A stretch of DNA of 64,000 nucleotides, taken from NCBI RefSeq assembly GCF_003704095.1, contig NW_020844895.1, positions 124,001 through 188,000 on the forward strand, given 5' to 3'. Positions 37,973 through 52,900 of the stretch are shown piece after piece (position 1 is the first letter of the stretch; every line of letters starts with the position of its first letter). The position numbers and the translations under genes were made by a program. This DNA comes from Pocillopora damicornis (taxonomy: Eukaryota). The notes beneath the pieces were generated by a model. It was not told where the DNA came from. It saw only the letters and a program-made list of their open reading frames with translations, and did not search any database.

Positions 37973-40900
37973 ATGGCATTATTACAGGTTTGTTTTGGCC
38001 ATTTTTATGTTTTCAGAATCATAAACCAGGGCTCAAAAATGAAAGTTTTCGTCTTGCAGTGGCGCCGGTTCAATTTTTTCGACAAGGAGGTTCTGAAAGA
38101 CCCCGGAACGACTCAGCCATTTACGGGTCTGAAGGTTGGTTCTTACAAACATAACTAGGATTTAGATGACGTTCATAAGAGTATGATTTTATTCAAATGA
38201 AACTTTTGCTCCCCATCTCTTTTTAAATCGATTCATAGCTTATGTCATCGATGAAAAAACTTCAAAATGGTTTGCAACCAGATCTTCTCCCATGCTGGGG
38301 GGTGGTGTGGGATGGGGGAGGGGGTGCCTTGCTCCATCTCACAAAAATTTGTTTAAGTTAAGTTTTTACTCTACAAATTACAGCAAATAACCAAATACTG
38401 CAAGGACATTGATTGGATGATCCCTATAAGTAGTCAAAATATTGCAGACTGACATAGATTTCATTGCAAAAGTGATTTTCTTAGTAATTTATTTTGTCCA
38501 ACATGGTGCTCAGTTTTAACAGGTTTTGAAAATATGTCTGTGTTTAATTTGGAATGAGAAAGTGAAAGTCTAATGAAAAATGAAATAAGAAACTGAAAAA
38601 AGTATTTTTGGCAATTTGCACAATTTCTAAACTAGGACAAATCTTCCAGCACTTGAGTGCTACAAGACATGTTTATAATCCTGACCTACATTACAGTCAA
38701 GTGTATACCTTTCAAAGCATGTTGTATATAGAAACAAGTTTTTGATGGCCTATCCTAAAAGAGACAATTTTTACTTCTACGTTGGCAACTGTTGAAAAAC
38801 AATTTCTTTTTTGTCCCATTTTTGGCCTATATTTTGTGGTCAATTCTTTTGTGAGTGTGGAAGCTGACAAGAGATTTTAATACCCATTAAGTTCAACTCT
38901 TTTATTTGGAATTTATCCCTGATACTTATAAAATCAAACCATCAATCTTGATACTATGGGTATATTAATTTTTGATGGGGGTGATGTGTTAGGGTGAGGT
39001 CATACAGCCTGTGGGGTGGGGGATGTGTGACTGTTTGGACACTGACTTGTGTTGATTTCATGGAGATCCATGAAAATGTCAATATTTGAATAGAATTCAT
39101 GTTTGTGTCATATAGGATACTAGTATCACAGCATGCACAAGTGGAAGAGGCCAGCTAGTTATTGGAGGCAAGTGATCTTTATTACAGATTGAGCTCAAAT
39201 TTTGCCATTATAGTTTATTTTAAAGATGCAAAAAGCATTTTAAAACATGACTTTCAAACAGAAAGTAGCTGGGGCTGTGAATAAGTTTAGAAGTAGAAGA
39301 CAGTCAACGCTTTAACACCTGAGATCTTATTAGTAATCTCTTTACTGTCTGCCATACAGTTCTTTTGATGTTAGTTTGGAGAATTTGGTAATGGATCAAC
39401 TAATAATTCCCTAAGTGATGTTTTCCCTTTTTCTTGTCACTTGTCTGCTTGATATTGTATTGATATTGTAAGGAGAAATTCTGTCTTGGTCACTCATGGG
39501 AGTTAAAAGGGTTAAAAAAACATAGGCTGTTAAGTACTGTGGATGCCATGTAGTTTTGTTTAATTATGCTCAAGACTGGCTAATTTAAGATTTAGGAAAA
39601 GTGATTATGTTTTTTTTTGTTTTTTTTATATAGTGCAGTGATTAAAGTATTTGGTTTTGGTATTTTGACAGATTCAGCTGGTTTTGTTCACTTCCTGGGC
39701 CGTGATTTAACCATCACATCTTTCCAGGCCTACGAAATGCGTGTGTCACATTTTTACCAACTGAAACAGCAAAATATTTTATTTACAGTTGGAGTAAGTG
39801 CTTCATACTCAGTAAAACAAATTAATTGTGTGAAATACTTCCCTTTACACCTTAACATCATTGTGTATATTCTCCTTACTCTTCTCTACACATAATTTGA
39901 TAGATAGTTTATTATCAAATAAAATACATTGCAGCCATAGGCTGAATTGCGTGCTTTTCACAATCATTGATTATATAAGACTATGTAAGACTACCTATTA
40001 CAAAAATGCTAAAACCTAAATAAAATTACTAATATAACTAATATAGCTAATATACAGCAGTGGAATGGCTAAAAATCTAGGTTAGCACACGCGCCCATAG
40101 CCGGTATAAATGAAAATTTGAAATGGTCAGTGCGAAAGCGCGGCATGTTAAAAACGCGCCGGTGTCTAGTATTGTAAGCTGAAAAAAGCCTATCTGGCAG
40201 CAAATTATATAATTTGTGAGATGGATTTGAGACAGACAAAAACAGATCCGTATATAATTTCATGCGTCTGTCATAGAGCGAAGCTAAACCGTGCCTGTCT
40301 AAAGAGTCATGGCATTCTAACAAGGAGAATTTATAAAACCATCAAGAGCTTCATTAGTTGCTGATCATTTCCTTTATTCTCGTGACTTAAACCTTTTATT
40401 CAGGGCTGATATTGTAAGGAGAAATTAGAATCTTGTCACTCTTAGGGATCAAAGGGTTAAGGAACCATTAAGATGTCACTGGACTACAGCTCTCTTTACA
40501 AATACAGGACAATTATTTTAAGCTTTTATCATTTCCAAGTATACTATGTATTCCTAAGACAAGCAGTGTGGTGATGGCAGTTTTGTACATCATGTCTTAA
40601 TGATATTGTTGAAAGTGTCCTCATGAATTGTAATCTTTTATCTCTAAAGGAAGATGAAGTAGGAGGAATTGATCCAATTATGAGAGTTTGGAATCTAGAC
40701 AAGGTTTGTTTTCTTATATTTTTAAATTACACCTTATTACTTATACTGTAGATAATTAGAGCACATGTGCACACACTTAGGTTTCTGCTTTTAACAGTTT
40801 CTCTATTAAGTTGTTTGCAAGCTCCTTTAAGAGTTTAGCAAACTCATTAAATTTTAGAGCAAGTTTTTCTAGGTAGTAAGGAAACTCCTCTAGGTTTTTC

Positions 40901-43900
40901 AGCAAAGATTGCTTACTTGATGGTGAACCCACCTAAATTATTGGAAAACTTGCTTCTGTTGTTAGTGAGCTCATCTTAGTTGTGAGGAGATTCATCTTAG
41001 TTGAGCTCACTTTTAGCTGTTAGCAAACTCATCCTTAGTAAGTTGTTAACAAACTGCTTGAAGTTATTAGGAAACTTATCAAAGTTGTTAGCAAACTCAT
41101 CTAAGTTGTTTGAAAGTGATGATATTCCATGTTAGTGTGTGTCTTTCACTGAATCGATGTTATCAATTTATGAGAATTGTTTTTCTCTAGATTGACAAGT
41201 ATGGAAATCCCGTTTGCTGTTGCATGCAGCGGCTTATTCCAGGAAACAAACCAGTTGCGGTACAATTAATTTTGTTTATGATTATTTTACATCATCTAAT
41301 TTCACAAAAATTTTCATTTTCTCTACTCAGTGCTTATAATTAAAGAAGTTATAGAAATTGGTCAATTTATCCTGAACTAAATATCTTAAAACCTGGCCTG
41401 GAGTGGTATATTGAGGACTTAAGAAAGGACTTTTATTCTGAATGGCAGGTGTCTTGTTTGGCATTGATGGAAAACTTGACACAGATGGCTGTAGGATTTG
41501 CCGATGGTACTGTTCTTGTATACAAAGGAGATATCACCCGTGATAGGTGAGAAAGGAAATGTCCTTGACTTAAAAATGCACTGCAAACAATGTATGCAGT
41601 AACTCTTTTTTAGAATACTGTCCCTCTTTCATTCTGAAGGAGATTATTGTTTGTGAAAGTTAATTATTTTTTGACAGTCCCAACAGAAGTCATTATGAAA
41701 ATTATTCATTACCAGTATCACACAAGTGGCCTATTTATTGCTAAAGAATTTTACTAGGTAACTTACTTTTCATTCAGAATGACAATACTTTTTTGTTTGA
41801 TAAACCTGGATAGATATAAAATTTGTGATGAAGACTACTTGAGTCTTAAAGCCGATAGCATTATGATGAATAGTAATTTACAGAACTGTGCAGTAGCTGT
41901 ATCTTCAACTGTAATCAACTATGCTGCTTTTATCTTTCAGCTTTCAGCCAAATTTGTCAGATCACTTACAATTCATTATCATTTTTGCTATCTCCAGCCT
42001 TGACTATTAATTTTTCTTCCTAATTAGCTGAGTGACTTACTTTGTGATTCGCTTTTATGAAGGGCAAAACATTTGAAACTTCAGCTTAAGAAACTCTTTA
42101 CCCCTGTCAGTGCGGTACCGCAGTTTTGTTAGAAATTTACCTTTATTCACTAGTGATTTACTACCAATACAATATTTTGTGGTTTATTTTTTGGTTATTT
42201 TTCCGCATCAACAATAACAGCTCGAAATATCATTGCCTATTACATTCTTTATTGTTTTAAGGCACACAAAGCAGAGAATTGTTCATCATGACAAGCATCC
42301 TGTAACAGGTACAGTTAGGTTTAGTTTTCTCCTTGAAAGGGTAAAAAAAAGGTGACATTGTTACAATTAAAATGGTACAACAATCAGTAATCAAAACAAG
42401 GCTCTATCTAGAAGAATAGATACTATGTGTTTGAGGGTGGGACTAGAATTTTAATTTTAATCAGTCTTTCTTTCATTTCTTCAGTATACATGGAGTTTTT
42501 GGAATAAATATTGATGTAATTGGTATTTCAATAATCATTAAATTTTTGGTAACAAAGTTAGAAGAGAGTGTATAGCTATAATTATAGGAATTATGTCTTC
42601 TTTGTCCTGAATGAGGGTATGATGATATTTTGCTATTTTTTGTCACCCACTGTAGGGCTTGCCTTCAAACAGACAAGTGATAGTGTAATTCTGTTCGTTG
42701 TGACAACTGAAACAGTTCTGTCATACAACACTTCAGCCAAAGATCGTCGAGTGAGTATTGATTTACGTTAGAAATCTTGTGGTTGTATGACAATATGATT
42801 TCAAACTTGAGGAGTTGTCATAGAGTTTCTAACCTTGTGATGCAGATTCTTTGCATATGTTCAAACTGAGTACAGTGTACCGTCCAAGTTGACATAAAAT
42901 TGAATTTTTTAAATCTCTGTTGTGGAGCTAAATCTCAGCATCCTTACAGTGATTACACGTCCTGTCTAGTATTCTTTTATCTTACAGTTGTTAAGACTTT
43001 CTCATGCATGGAGGTATTTTTGTAGCATTTTGCACATGTACTTTAAGCTCTCAAAAGTCAAGGTTTTGAACACAAGAAGGGTTGAACTTGTTTGTGCAAA
43101 GGAACTAATTTTTAGGTATGTTGCTAAGCCACAGCTGAGAAAAAGAGATTTTCTGGCCAAATTTGTCCTTGAAAATGCTGCTGTATTAGAGAGTATGCTA
43201 CAGCTCACAGTTATTTGTTTTTAAAAAATAGATTTTCATCAGTAGGATTCAGTATTTTATTTCTAAACTTTATCCTCAGGAAGTACTTGATGCTCATGGT
43301 TGTGAACTCCGTTGTTCAGTTATGAGTGATGCTTCACAAGAAAACCAATTTATTGTGGCTCGAAAAGAGGTCAGCCTTGTATACTCTAACTCAGTGTACC
43401 TGCCTTTAAATAATTCTCAATGTCTATTTTGGTACCTAAATGCACTCTTGAAAATTGACTATGAAATTGGCACTGATTTTTTTTCTCAGGCTTTGTATTT
43501 TTATCAAGTTGATGGCAGAGGTCCTTGCTTAGCATTTGAAGGTATTTCTGATATGTAAACAAATTTAAAATGTACTGTTATGCACTGTTATGATCAGGAG
43601 ATTCAATAAAAGCCAGTTACTGACTGTCTTTGGCCTTGTGTAAGACCTCTGACAGCAAGCAGGCTCATGATTGGGTTTTGCCTTATGGCCTCTTAAATGG
43701 ACAATGCTGCCCATTATACCATCAGCATCTGCCTTTGGAAAAATTTATTGAATCCGGCTTGATATCTTCTTTATATTACAAGTAAGAATAATGTTTTCTG
43801 CCTGTATTGGATGGTTAATTGATTGGAGTAATGGCAGGTTTATGAAATTTTCATAACTTAATGGCAATCCTAATTGATATGTATGTAAAGGAAATGGAGG

Positions 43901-46900
43901 GTTAGGATGTAGAACTTAATGTCTGGTCTACTGGTACAGCACATGAACCTAGAAAAATCTACAGCAGAATCTGAAAATTGCAAGAGGGCTGAATTTGACT
44001 CATCGATAGAGATAGTAGTCATGCTGTGCTTGGTTTGAGAACCTCTCCTTTTTTGCAGTGGTAATAACTTCAGTCTGTCAGAAGACATTATTTTCCTAGT
44101 CAGTAGCAAAGATTTGCCTGAGAAAAGAAATCCAAGTTAGAGCTTTCTAAGCTTTCTATGGAAGTGAAGCCTATAACTTTCATTCCAAGTTCCAACTTGT
44201 GGCATAAAAATTCTGACATATCTTTATTTTTTGTGACAAAATTTTCTCACAGGGCACATTGATTTTGAATTAACTATATTCCCTTAAAGTGATAAGCATC
44301 TAATTTCTCCAAAAAGTATTACCCCTGAATCAAATGTAACGGTCATGAGAATGAAGGCAATTATCCTGAACTTGATTGTTAGACAAATTCTCCTTGTAAG
44401 TACAATAGGAAATGTATAGGGAATGGTTAGGAGAACTTGCACATTGATGAAGGGATGTAAAGGGTTAGTAAGATATAAATCTGTTTTGATGCTGTGGCAG
44501 GTGAGAAACAGATGGTAACATGGTGGCGAGGGTATCTTGTTGTGGTCAGTAAGGATAACAAACAGATTCAAAGACCAGCAGTAGGGTAAGTTAAGAAATT
44601 CATAGAAGACTGTTAAATGGCGACTTTGAATAAACTTCAGCTAGGAGACTTCGAGGATAAATGCAACTCATTACTAAAGGCAGTAATGCTAAATAGATTT
44701 TTTTAAAAAAAGTGCTGTTCATGTTTTTTGTTGATATTTTGTTTTAAATATATAATATTGGCTATGCTATTCTTTTTGGTTTGCAGAGGAAGCTCTCAAC
44801 CAAGGAATGTCAATGTTGTCACTGTTTATGACATTCAAAACAAGTTTATAGGTAAGGGTTAGTGGATGCAGAGAAGAATGGAACCTTCTGATATTTGTCA
44901 AATAGTAGGAACATTGTGTGTGATTTATCACATCTTCTGTAAAGAAGAGGAGGTGATTTGTGATTTTCCTTTTTGCAGCTTTTACTGGGACATTCCAGGG
45001 TGTAATTGATGTGGTATGTGAATGGGGCAGCTTGTTTGTGATCACAATGGAAAATAAGGTAATTTCAAGTAATCTTCTCTTTTTGTATTAAATATGCCAA
45101 TAATTTATGTTGATTTTGCTATGATTTATTTTTATTTCAGGCCTGATAAAAATCTGATTTATGAAAAACAATTATTGCACCCTGCAAAACACATTACTTG
45201 AAATATCTCTTGCTGGAAAATGTTAATGTATTAGAAGGTGAATTGAGAGAACCTGCTCTGATTCCAAAAGCTTTTAAAGAACTTTAGGTGCATACATGTA
45301 GTAATTCTGTAAGGTATTTCCCTTTTTTGTGGACAGATTTTTCAGTTAGAGGAGAAGGATACGCAAACAAAGCTGGAAATTCTTTTTAAGAAAAATCTTT
45401 ATGCTATGGCAATCAGGTATTGTATACTTGAAAAATAAACATTGAGGTGTTTTTTAAGTATGGAAATTTTGATATGCATTGTAATGTTTTAGAAAATAAT
45501 TTTTATTTTCATTTTTCTTTTGTTATTCCTTTTTTCTTTTTGTTTTCCGTTTTGTTCATTTGTCTTTTGTTTGTTTCCTTAAAGCTTGGCAAAAAGTCAG
45601 CATTATTCTGATGGACTGATTGACATCTTTACACAATATGGAGATCACTTGTACAGGTAGTGACTGCAATAGAAAATTAAACTTGTGCAATTGGGTTTTT
45701 TTTTCTCAACTGTTCAAAGATGCATTCTCTGAGAATGTTGATCCTATTAGAGTCAGTCTTAGCATTGGGCCTATATGCTAGGGTTTCCTTGTTAGTCTGT
45801 GGAATGTGGAAGGACTTCTAGTTCATTCTTTTGAGGGATTTTGTCCATTCTTTGTTCATGCAGGGAATCTAGATACAACTTGAAGTTTCTCCTTCCAATA
45901 TAAATTATTCTTTATCCAGTATAAAGTTGATGTCAGTAGACAACCCTTTAAAGGGTGCTAAGTGATCATGTTGACCCTTTTGACACTCAGAGTGACCAGT
46001 AATTAGTTCCTCCTCACTTCATCACCTGTAAATCAAACACTAAGGTAGTGAGATTAAGGAAGTGATCCCCAACTAAAGGGGCCTTGTCAGCACCTTAGGA
46101 AATGTATAGAGAGCAGTGTAGAGACTATGTATAGTGATGTCAGGTTTGAAGTGTTAAGGCAAAAATCTTTAATCTAGCTGTCTGGATAATTATCAAATGT
46201 GGCTGATTATATTATAAGCATTTACTAAGTAAATACCTTTAATTAACTTACCATTAACTTAAATACCTGTATACTAAATACATGACTATCATTAAGAGAA
46301 CAATTATCTCTTTTCCCTCTCTTCCAGCAAAGGGGATCATGATGGAGCAATAAAACAGTACATTAAAACCATTGGTCATCTGGAGCCTTCTTATGTCATT
46401 CGTAAGGTATTGAACATTTTACAATGTGTATAATGTTATGTTTTGAAGAAATAGTTGCTCTGAACCAGATTGTGGTGCTCTCATCTAGGCCACTGTGTTC
46501 TAACATTCAGAACCATTTGAAATTTTTAAATAGTAAAGGAAAAAGATGAGGCATAGGGTGGAAATCAGGGCAAAACTAAGTTTTAGTTCAGTTTTAATCT
46601 CACATAAAATAAAATTTAGTTTTTCAATGATTTTCATTGTTGGCTTTGCCTTTATTATGCTTCACAATGCATAGCAAATCTCTTAAAGTTAAAATTGTCT
46701 CAAGCAGGTTTCCAAACGTTCCTTGTCAATGTTAAAAGAGAAATTTATTTGAGTTGTGGAATTAAGCTCAATATTTAAATTATAAGTTTTTCATTTTTAG
46801 TTTTTGGATGCTCAGAGAATTCACAACCTTACAGCGTATCTTCAGGTTAGTGGAAGAGTCAACTGCGCGCTGGTGATGTAATCATTCTGGTGTGGGCCTT

Positions 46901-49900
46901 TGTGCTACTATCCTCAGTCTCAATGACAACCAGCTGGTCACAATTTCGAACCTTGAACTATTGTTACTCAAAAATGTCATATAAAAAATATTGTTGTTTT
47001 ATTCATCCTTGGCTAGGCTCTCCACAAACAAGGTCTGGCCAACACAGACCATACCACCCTTCTTTTGAACTGTTACACCAAGCTGAAGGATGTCTCAATG
47101 TTGGATGAGTTTATCATGGTATGACTTAGGATCAGCAAATGAATTCTCCCATTCATACAAGTCTTATTATTGTTCTTTTGAGAATTTCTTGTCCAATCTG
47201 GATGACTCTGTATTTCCATCACATTAAGCTTGACACTACAGTGTAAGAATTTACATTCATTTCTCCTTTTTTTCCTATCAGACTGACAGGGAATTAAACT
47301 TTGATGTTGAAACTGCCATCAAGGTAAATGCTTGCACTTCTGAGCTAAAAAAATTGTGTGAGAATGGTACATTTTAAATCTTCTCAGGATCTTCATTTTT
47401 TTTCCTGCAATATTTGTTCCTAATTTTAGGTGTGTCGTCAGGCAGGATATTTCAAGCATGCGGTGTATCTAGCGGAGAAATACGAACAACACGACTTGTA
47501 AGTTTAAGGAAAAAGGATCGAATGTTTGTAACATCAGTACGCACATTCTCTGTACTGTTCTCATTTTATATCCTAAGGTACTGACAGGGAGAATTTGCTA
47601 ACAATCGAGAGCCTCTTAAATAAGTCATCACTTTTAATATTCTCGTGACCTCATTGTTTGATCTCCCTCCCCACCCCTCCCTCACTGGTGGTAAATTGAG
47701 AGTTAATTTTCTATAATCCCTCCTTTAGAGTCCCTTGGCGACAACTGGTACCCCTCCCTGCCGTTCCCACTAAAAACCAAATCCAAAATCCTTCGAGCCC
47801 NNNNNNNNNNNNNNNNNNNNNNNNNNNNNNNNNNNNNNNNNNNNNNNNNNNNNNNNNNNNNNNNNNNNNNNNNNNNNNNNNNNNNNNNNNNNNNNNNNNN
47901 NNNNNNNNNNNNNNNNNNNNNNNNNNNNNNNNNNNNNNNNNNNNNNNNNNNNNNNNNNNNNNNNNNNNNNNNNNNNNNNNNNNNNNNNNNNNNNNNNNNN
48001 NNNNNNNNNTATGCTCGGGAAAGTGGTTTAATCTCTTGCATTATTGTTGACTCGAATTTCCCTCTAATAGATATTTAAAGATTCAACTGGAAGACTTGAA
48101 GGATTACCAGAGAGCGCTGTCCTACATTGGAAAACTAGGATTTTATGAGGTACATTAAATTTGTGTTTCGACTTTTAAGTGGTAGATACTGAAAGAATGA
48201 AGAAGTAAAGCTTTTCTGTCTTCATTTCAAGGCTGAAGGAAACATGAAAAAATATGGAAAGAGTTTGGTGAATGCTGTCCCTGATGAATCAACAAAGCTG
48301 CTAAAAGTTTTATGTACGGATTACAAGCCGCAGCGACTTCATGAACGTGAGTTTTGTTCGAGCATTTCGATTTTGTGTGGTCAACTCAAAATCAAAGGAA
48401 TGACGTCAGGCAATTGGAACCGGGACTATCGTCTTAAAGGGTCAGTGAGAAATAACTGAACGCAAAAACTTGCAAACTTCCTAAAGCGCGGGAAAACACA
48501 AATTACCAAGTCGCTGTTGATTTTAGCTTGCATCTGATTGGCTGGGTAGGCGACGTGAGTTTCGTAGACCATTCACATAGCGAAACAATGCAGTCCTGGT
48601 TGACTCCCAAAACGAGAAAAAAATCATATAATTTCAAGCTGACGAATCGATTTTTGCGTTTTGAATGAGTGAAATTTTGAATGACTTCACTTCTCCTTGC
48701 AATCTGGTGATGTTATGGATCTTGTAGATTTTAAATCGTTATTCTCCGAAGGTAAATTGAGTTGGACAGATTTTAGAGAGTCGGGAAGGATAATATTACT
48801 GTTAACGTTGTTGTAGGAACAGTTTCCGGTTCTGTCACACCTGTCAGTGCTGGGGTTTATCAGTCCTTCACAACCGCTCTCGGTAAGCTGCTGTTGCTAT
48901 TCAGTCACCATCCATGGCTCGTTACTCGTCGCAAACCACGTCATACTCACGTCAAAGTCACAGTCAGCGTCACATCTCGTCCTCTGACATTTCTTGCATT
49001 GTTTACGTCAAATTTTACCTCACTGTATACTTCAGACATATGTTTTGCCTTGGTATACATCATGTTATTTTTTGCGTCAATGCATAACCTCCATCTCCCC
49101 CATGGAACACAGCATTACTTCTTTCAAGCCTCACTCGCCTCGAAGGACTGTTCTCCATGAAATTTTACCTTCGTGGTAGACTTTCAAATGGTTCTAAGTC
49201 ATGTCTTACTCGTCACGTTCACTCTCCAATCTGTGTTAGCATTGGTTCTTTTGAAAGACCGTTAGCGATGGTTTGTGTCTCTGGAAAAATTTGGCTCAAA
49301 TTTGTCAATTTTATCCCATTCACTACGTGTCGATCTTATCAATTTTTTTTCTCTTCTTTTTGGTTTATTTCCTTCAGTTTGGTATTTTTGCTGTCTTACC
49401 AAACAGATATTTTAGATTTATTTTAATATTTTTCTTGTCATAGTTAATCCGCCTCGTTGGAATATTATTGTGACACTTAGAAAACAATGAATAGGAAAAA
49501 TACTGATCTGTATGAATCGAACCAAACGATACACTGTTTTTCTGGGTTCTCACAATAACACACTGGAAAGTGTCAAGTAAAACTTGAAAATGAACTCTCC
49601 GCAGAATATCAGTTATTTCTTTGTTGCCATTTCACTCCTGTAATTCAGCCATTTACAGAAACACAAGCAGTGATCCTTTAACCTCAAAGAGTGATTAGAA
49701 TCTAATTTCTCCTTTCAGTAGCACTCATGAATCAAACATTTGGGTCACGAGAATAAAGGGAATGATTACCTCTTGATTGTCAAACAAATTCTCCTTGCCA
49801 TTGCCATTGGAAACGTGAAGAGAACAGTACGGAGAATATACATGTAATGTTAGGGTGTAAAGGGTTAATGTTGTCTGAAGGTTCCGCCAAGTCTGACCAA

Positions 49901-52900
49901 AAGAACCTTCACAAATTATGATTTGTTTATGGTGATTTTGCTGCTGTCGTGTATGTGTGATATTTAGATCCTGCATCAGATATGGAGAGGAAGATTTACA
50001 AGGCTCGCGCCGAAGAGTTTATTCACATCTTTGTTCATCAAAAAGCCAAACTGATTGAGTTTCTGGAACATATGGTGCAGGTACGGAGTCACTTTCAAAT
50101 CATTACTGTGTCTGGGTTCTTTCAAAATTTGTATAGGAGATACGAGATTCTAGTCAGCGGAAAGGGCTTCATGTAAGAGGCTAAAGTTCGAACACGAACA
50201 ACGTCATCGTGTTGTGTTCTTGAGCAATCAATTGAGTTGATAATGTTTATTGGCTACCGTAGACAGTTTCAAAGCTGACGTTTCGGGCGTTAGCCCTTTG
50301 TCAGAACGAATGTAGGATATCATGTCAGCCGAGATACTTCCGATAGCAAACAAAAATTGTCGAGGGTGGTCGAGCACAGCTTTTCACAGCCCGCGCCGAT
50401 CCTTTTTGCCCTGTGGTTTTGTTTGATGGAAAAGTCTTACACAGGAAGCCTGAGATTTTGTGATAGATCAGTTATTAAACTTCAAGGAAAATGATTACAT
50501 TTTTCTCAAAGTATTTTTACATTTGTTCGAGTGTGTTTTTTTTTCTTTTTTGAAGGTTCAGCCTAATTCGTCTAACTTGGTGTATAACACTCTCCTTGAG
50601 CTGTATCTGAATGATGCTGCTCGTCAGAAGAATGTGGAAGCGCAAGTCGAACATGAACGTAAAGCTCTTGATTTGCTGAAAAATGTGGAGGTATGATCAT
50701 GAAAATTGAATGCGTATTCATGGACAAATCAATCGTACAACTCACAATTTACTGCCGTACATTTCCTTGTAATTTAGAGTAGAGATACGATTTTCTATTC
50801 ATAAAACACTCTATGGTCGTTAAGGTTATCTGTTGTGTTATATTCCTGCCCACCGAATGATTTATCATCACTTTTTTAGGGAGTGTTTTCTTGGTTGAGA
50901 TTATGGCCGATATATTTTTACCTCTTCTGATTGAATGAGCATGCTGTCTTCGTACCTTGTCTTTCAGCGGTCTTCGATGCGCAGGCATCGATTGACGAAG
51001 CTTCTAGATCAATGTCAGTATCTGAGTAACTGCGCCCTACCCCTCCCCCTACCCAACGACAGTCAACTGATGACAAGTTAAAGTTAATGATGAGCTAGGG
51101 TAGGTGCGAAGTTGCTCAGATACAGACATTAACCCAGGCTTCCTATGAAGTGTATCCACAGACAGACGCTGAAATGCTCACTTTGCAGCATCATTGATTT
51201 GCGAGTGTTCTGAGGGGTTTTTCTTTTTGCATTAATCTTTTCAAAGGCACGTTACGACATTGACCACGCCCTGGTACTAGCACAGATGCACCACTTCAAG
51301 GCTGGTATCCTGTATCTGTACGAAAAAGCCAAACTGTAAGTTCAAATCGAAGAAATTTTTAAGTTTAGACTTATTTGAAATACGCCTCAAGCTGTATTTA
51401 TGCCAGAAAGTTTTCCTTCCTCGCACTCTCTCAGTTTTATTACTTTTATCTTTAATTTGGATAGATACCAACAAATCCTTCATTACCATATGGAGCAGAA
51501 CGAATATAGTCACGTGATAGACACGTGCAAAAAATATGGGTAAGTTTCGGGAACTTTTGAGAATGTTGGGGAGAATCTGTGCTATGTTACCGATTATGTT
51601 ATAGTGGGAACAAGCGAAAAAGCGGCGGTGGTCATTAGTGTTTGCACTTAGGGCGGGAAAATTGTGTAACCGGCCTTATATGGCGGGAAATTTTGTGACT
51701 GGCGCCAAGAGCGGTAAAGCATGCCAGCAGCAAGGGCGGGAAAACATACGTGCACTTGGGGCGGGAAGATGTGTTATCGGTTTTGCGCTTGCGCTAGAGA
51801 CAGAGTCAATGGCACGAAGAGCTCAAGACCAAGTCGCGATGTAAGTTTTTGCTATGCTTCTTATAACTCAAATACTTAAATTTGCCTTAAAATTTTATTT
51901 TTAGGACGTCAGATCCAAGTTTGTGGGTGCAAGCTCTCTCTTACTTTGCCCGACGTGAAACAGACTGCAAGTCCCAAATCAAGGAAGTGCTTGATCATAT
52001 CCTTTTATAGAGTTTCTTAGGTTCCATGTAGTGCTATGAAGCATTTATGTTTTATTGTGCATGATCGTGAGCTTAGACCGTGAAAGCGTTTTTCTCATCG
52101 CTTTTTATTGCGATTATCACTTTGCGTTATAGTATTGTCAGTTATAGATTGTGGTTCTTGTGCGCGTGTTGGCATGCTCTGTATGTAAGAAGACCTCGTA
52201 ACTAGGTGTATTGTTAGGTAAGACTGATATTTCCTTGACCGTGAGTCAAATATCGACCGTGGAAACCTCATGTCTCCTCTACTCGTGTTGCAAAACTTGG
52301 CGCACAATTCAACAGCCACATTGGCAGTGGTGAAGGTAATAAACAATTACCACTATGAGGGAAGCGAAATTTATCGTCATGAATTAGCGCCAATACTCCT
52401 CCCGGTGACGTTGTCAGCCTTAGTGAAAGTCGGTAAGGGGGGGCGAGTAAAGAAAGGCGAGGAGGCTTTGTGTACTCAAAGTTGAAAAAAAAAATGCAAC
52501 ATGTTTTAATCGCGGGAAAACGCAAGTGACCAAGTTAGGATTGGTTTTACTATTGCATCTGATTGGTCGAGATAGTGGCGCGAGTGTTTTAGACCAATCA
52601 TGGAGCGAAGTAAAGCGAAACCAAAACAATCAGAATCAATTTCAACGCTAAATTTAAAATCGCTCAATCTGAGGGAAAGTAGCTTTAAAATCTGAATTTT
52701 TTAGCTCAGTATTGGAAATGAATGAAATTCTAGAAATTTGCCTTATTTCTAGTTTGAAGTGAAATAATCTGGGCCTTATCACAATGTTCTTGTCAACTTT
52801 ACGTGAACTACGAGCATGTTTCTTTTAAACCTCTTGTTAATCAATTTATGCGACTTTGACTACCTACTGAGAACTTCTCTTTTACAGGACTACATCATAC

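Noticed and set aside
51650-51775. Cluster of GGCGGGAA (E2F-like) sites
   Set aside because: Intronic and resembles a decayed tandem repeat related to the GCGCGGGAAAA family; no promoter context.
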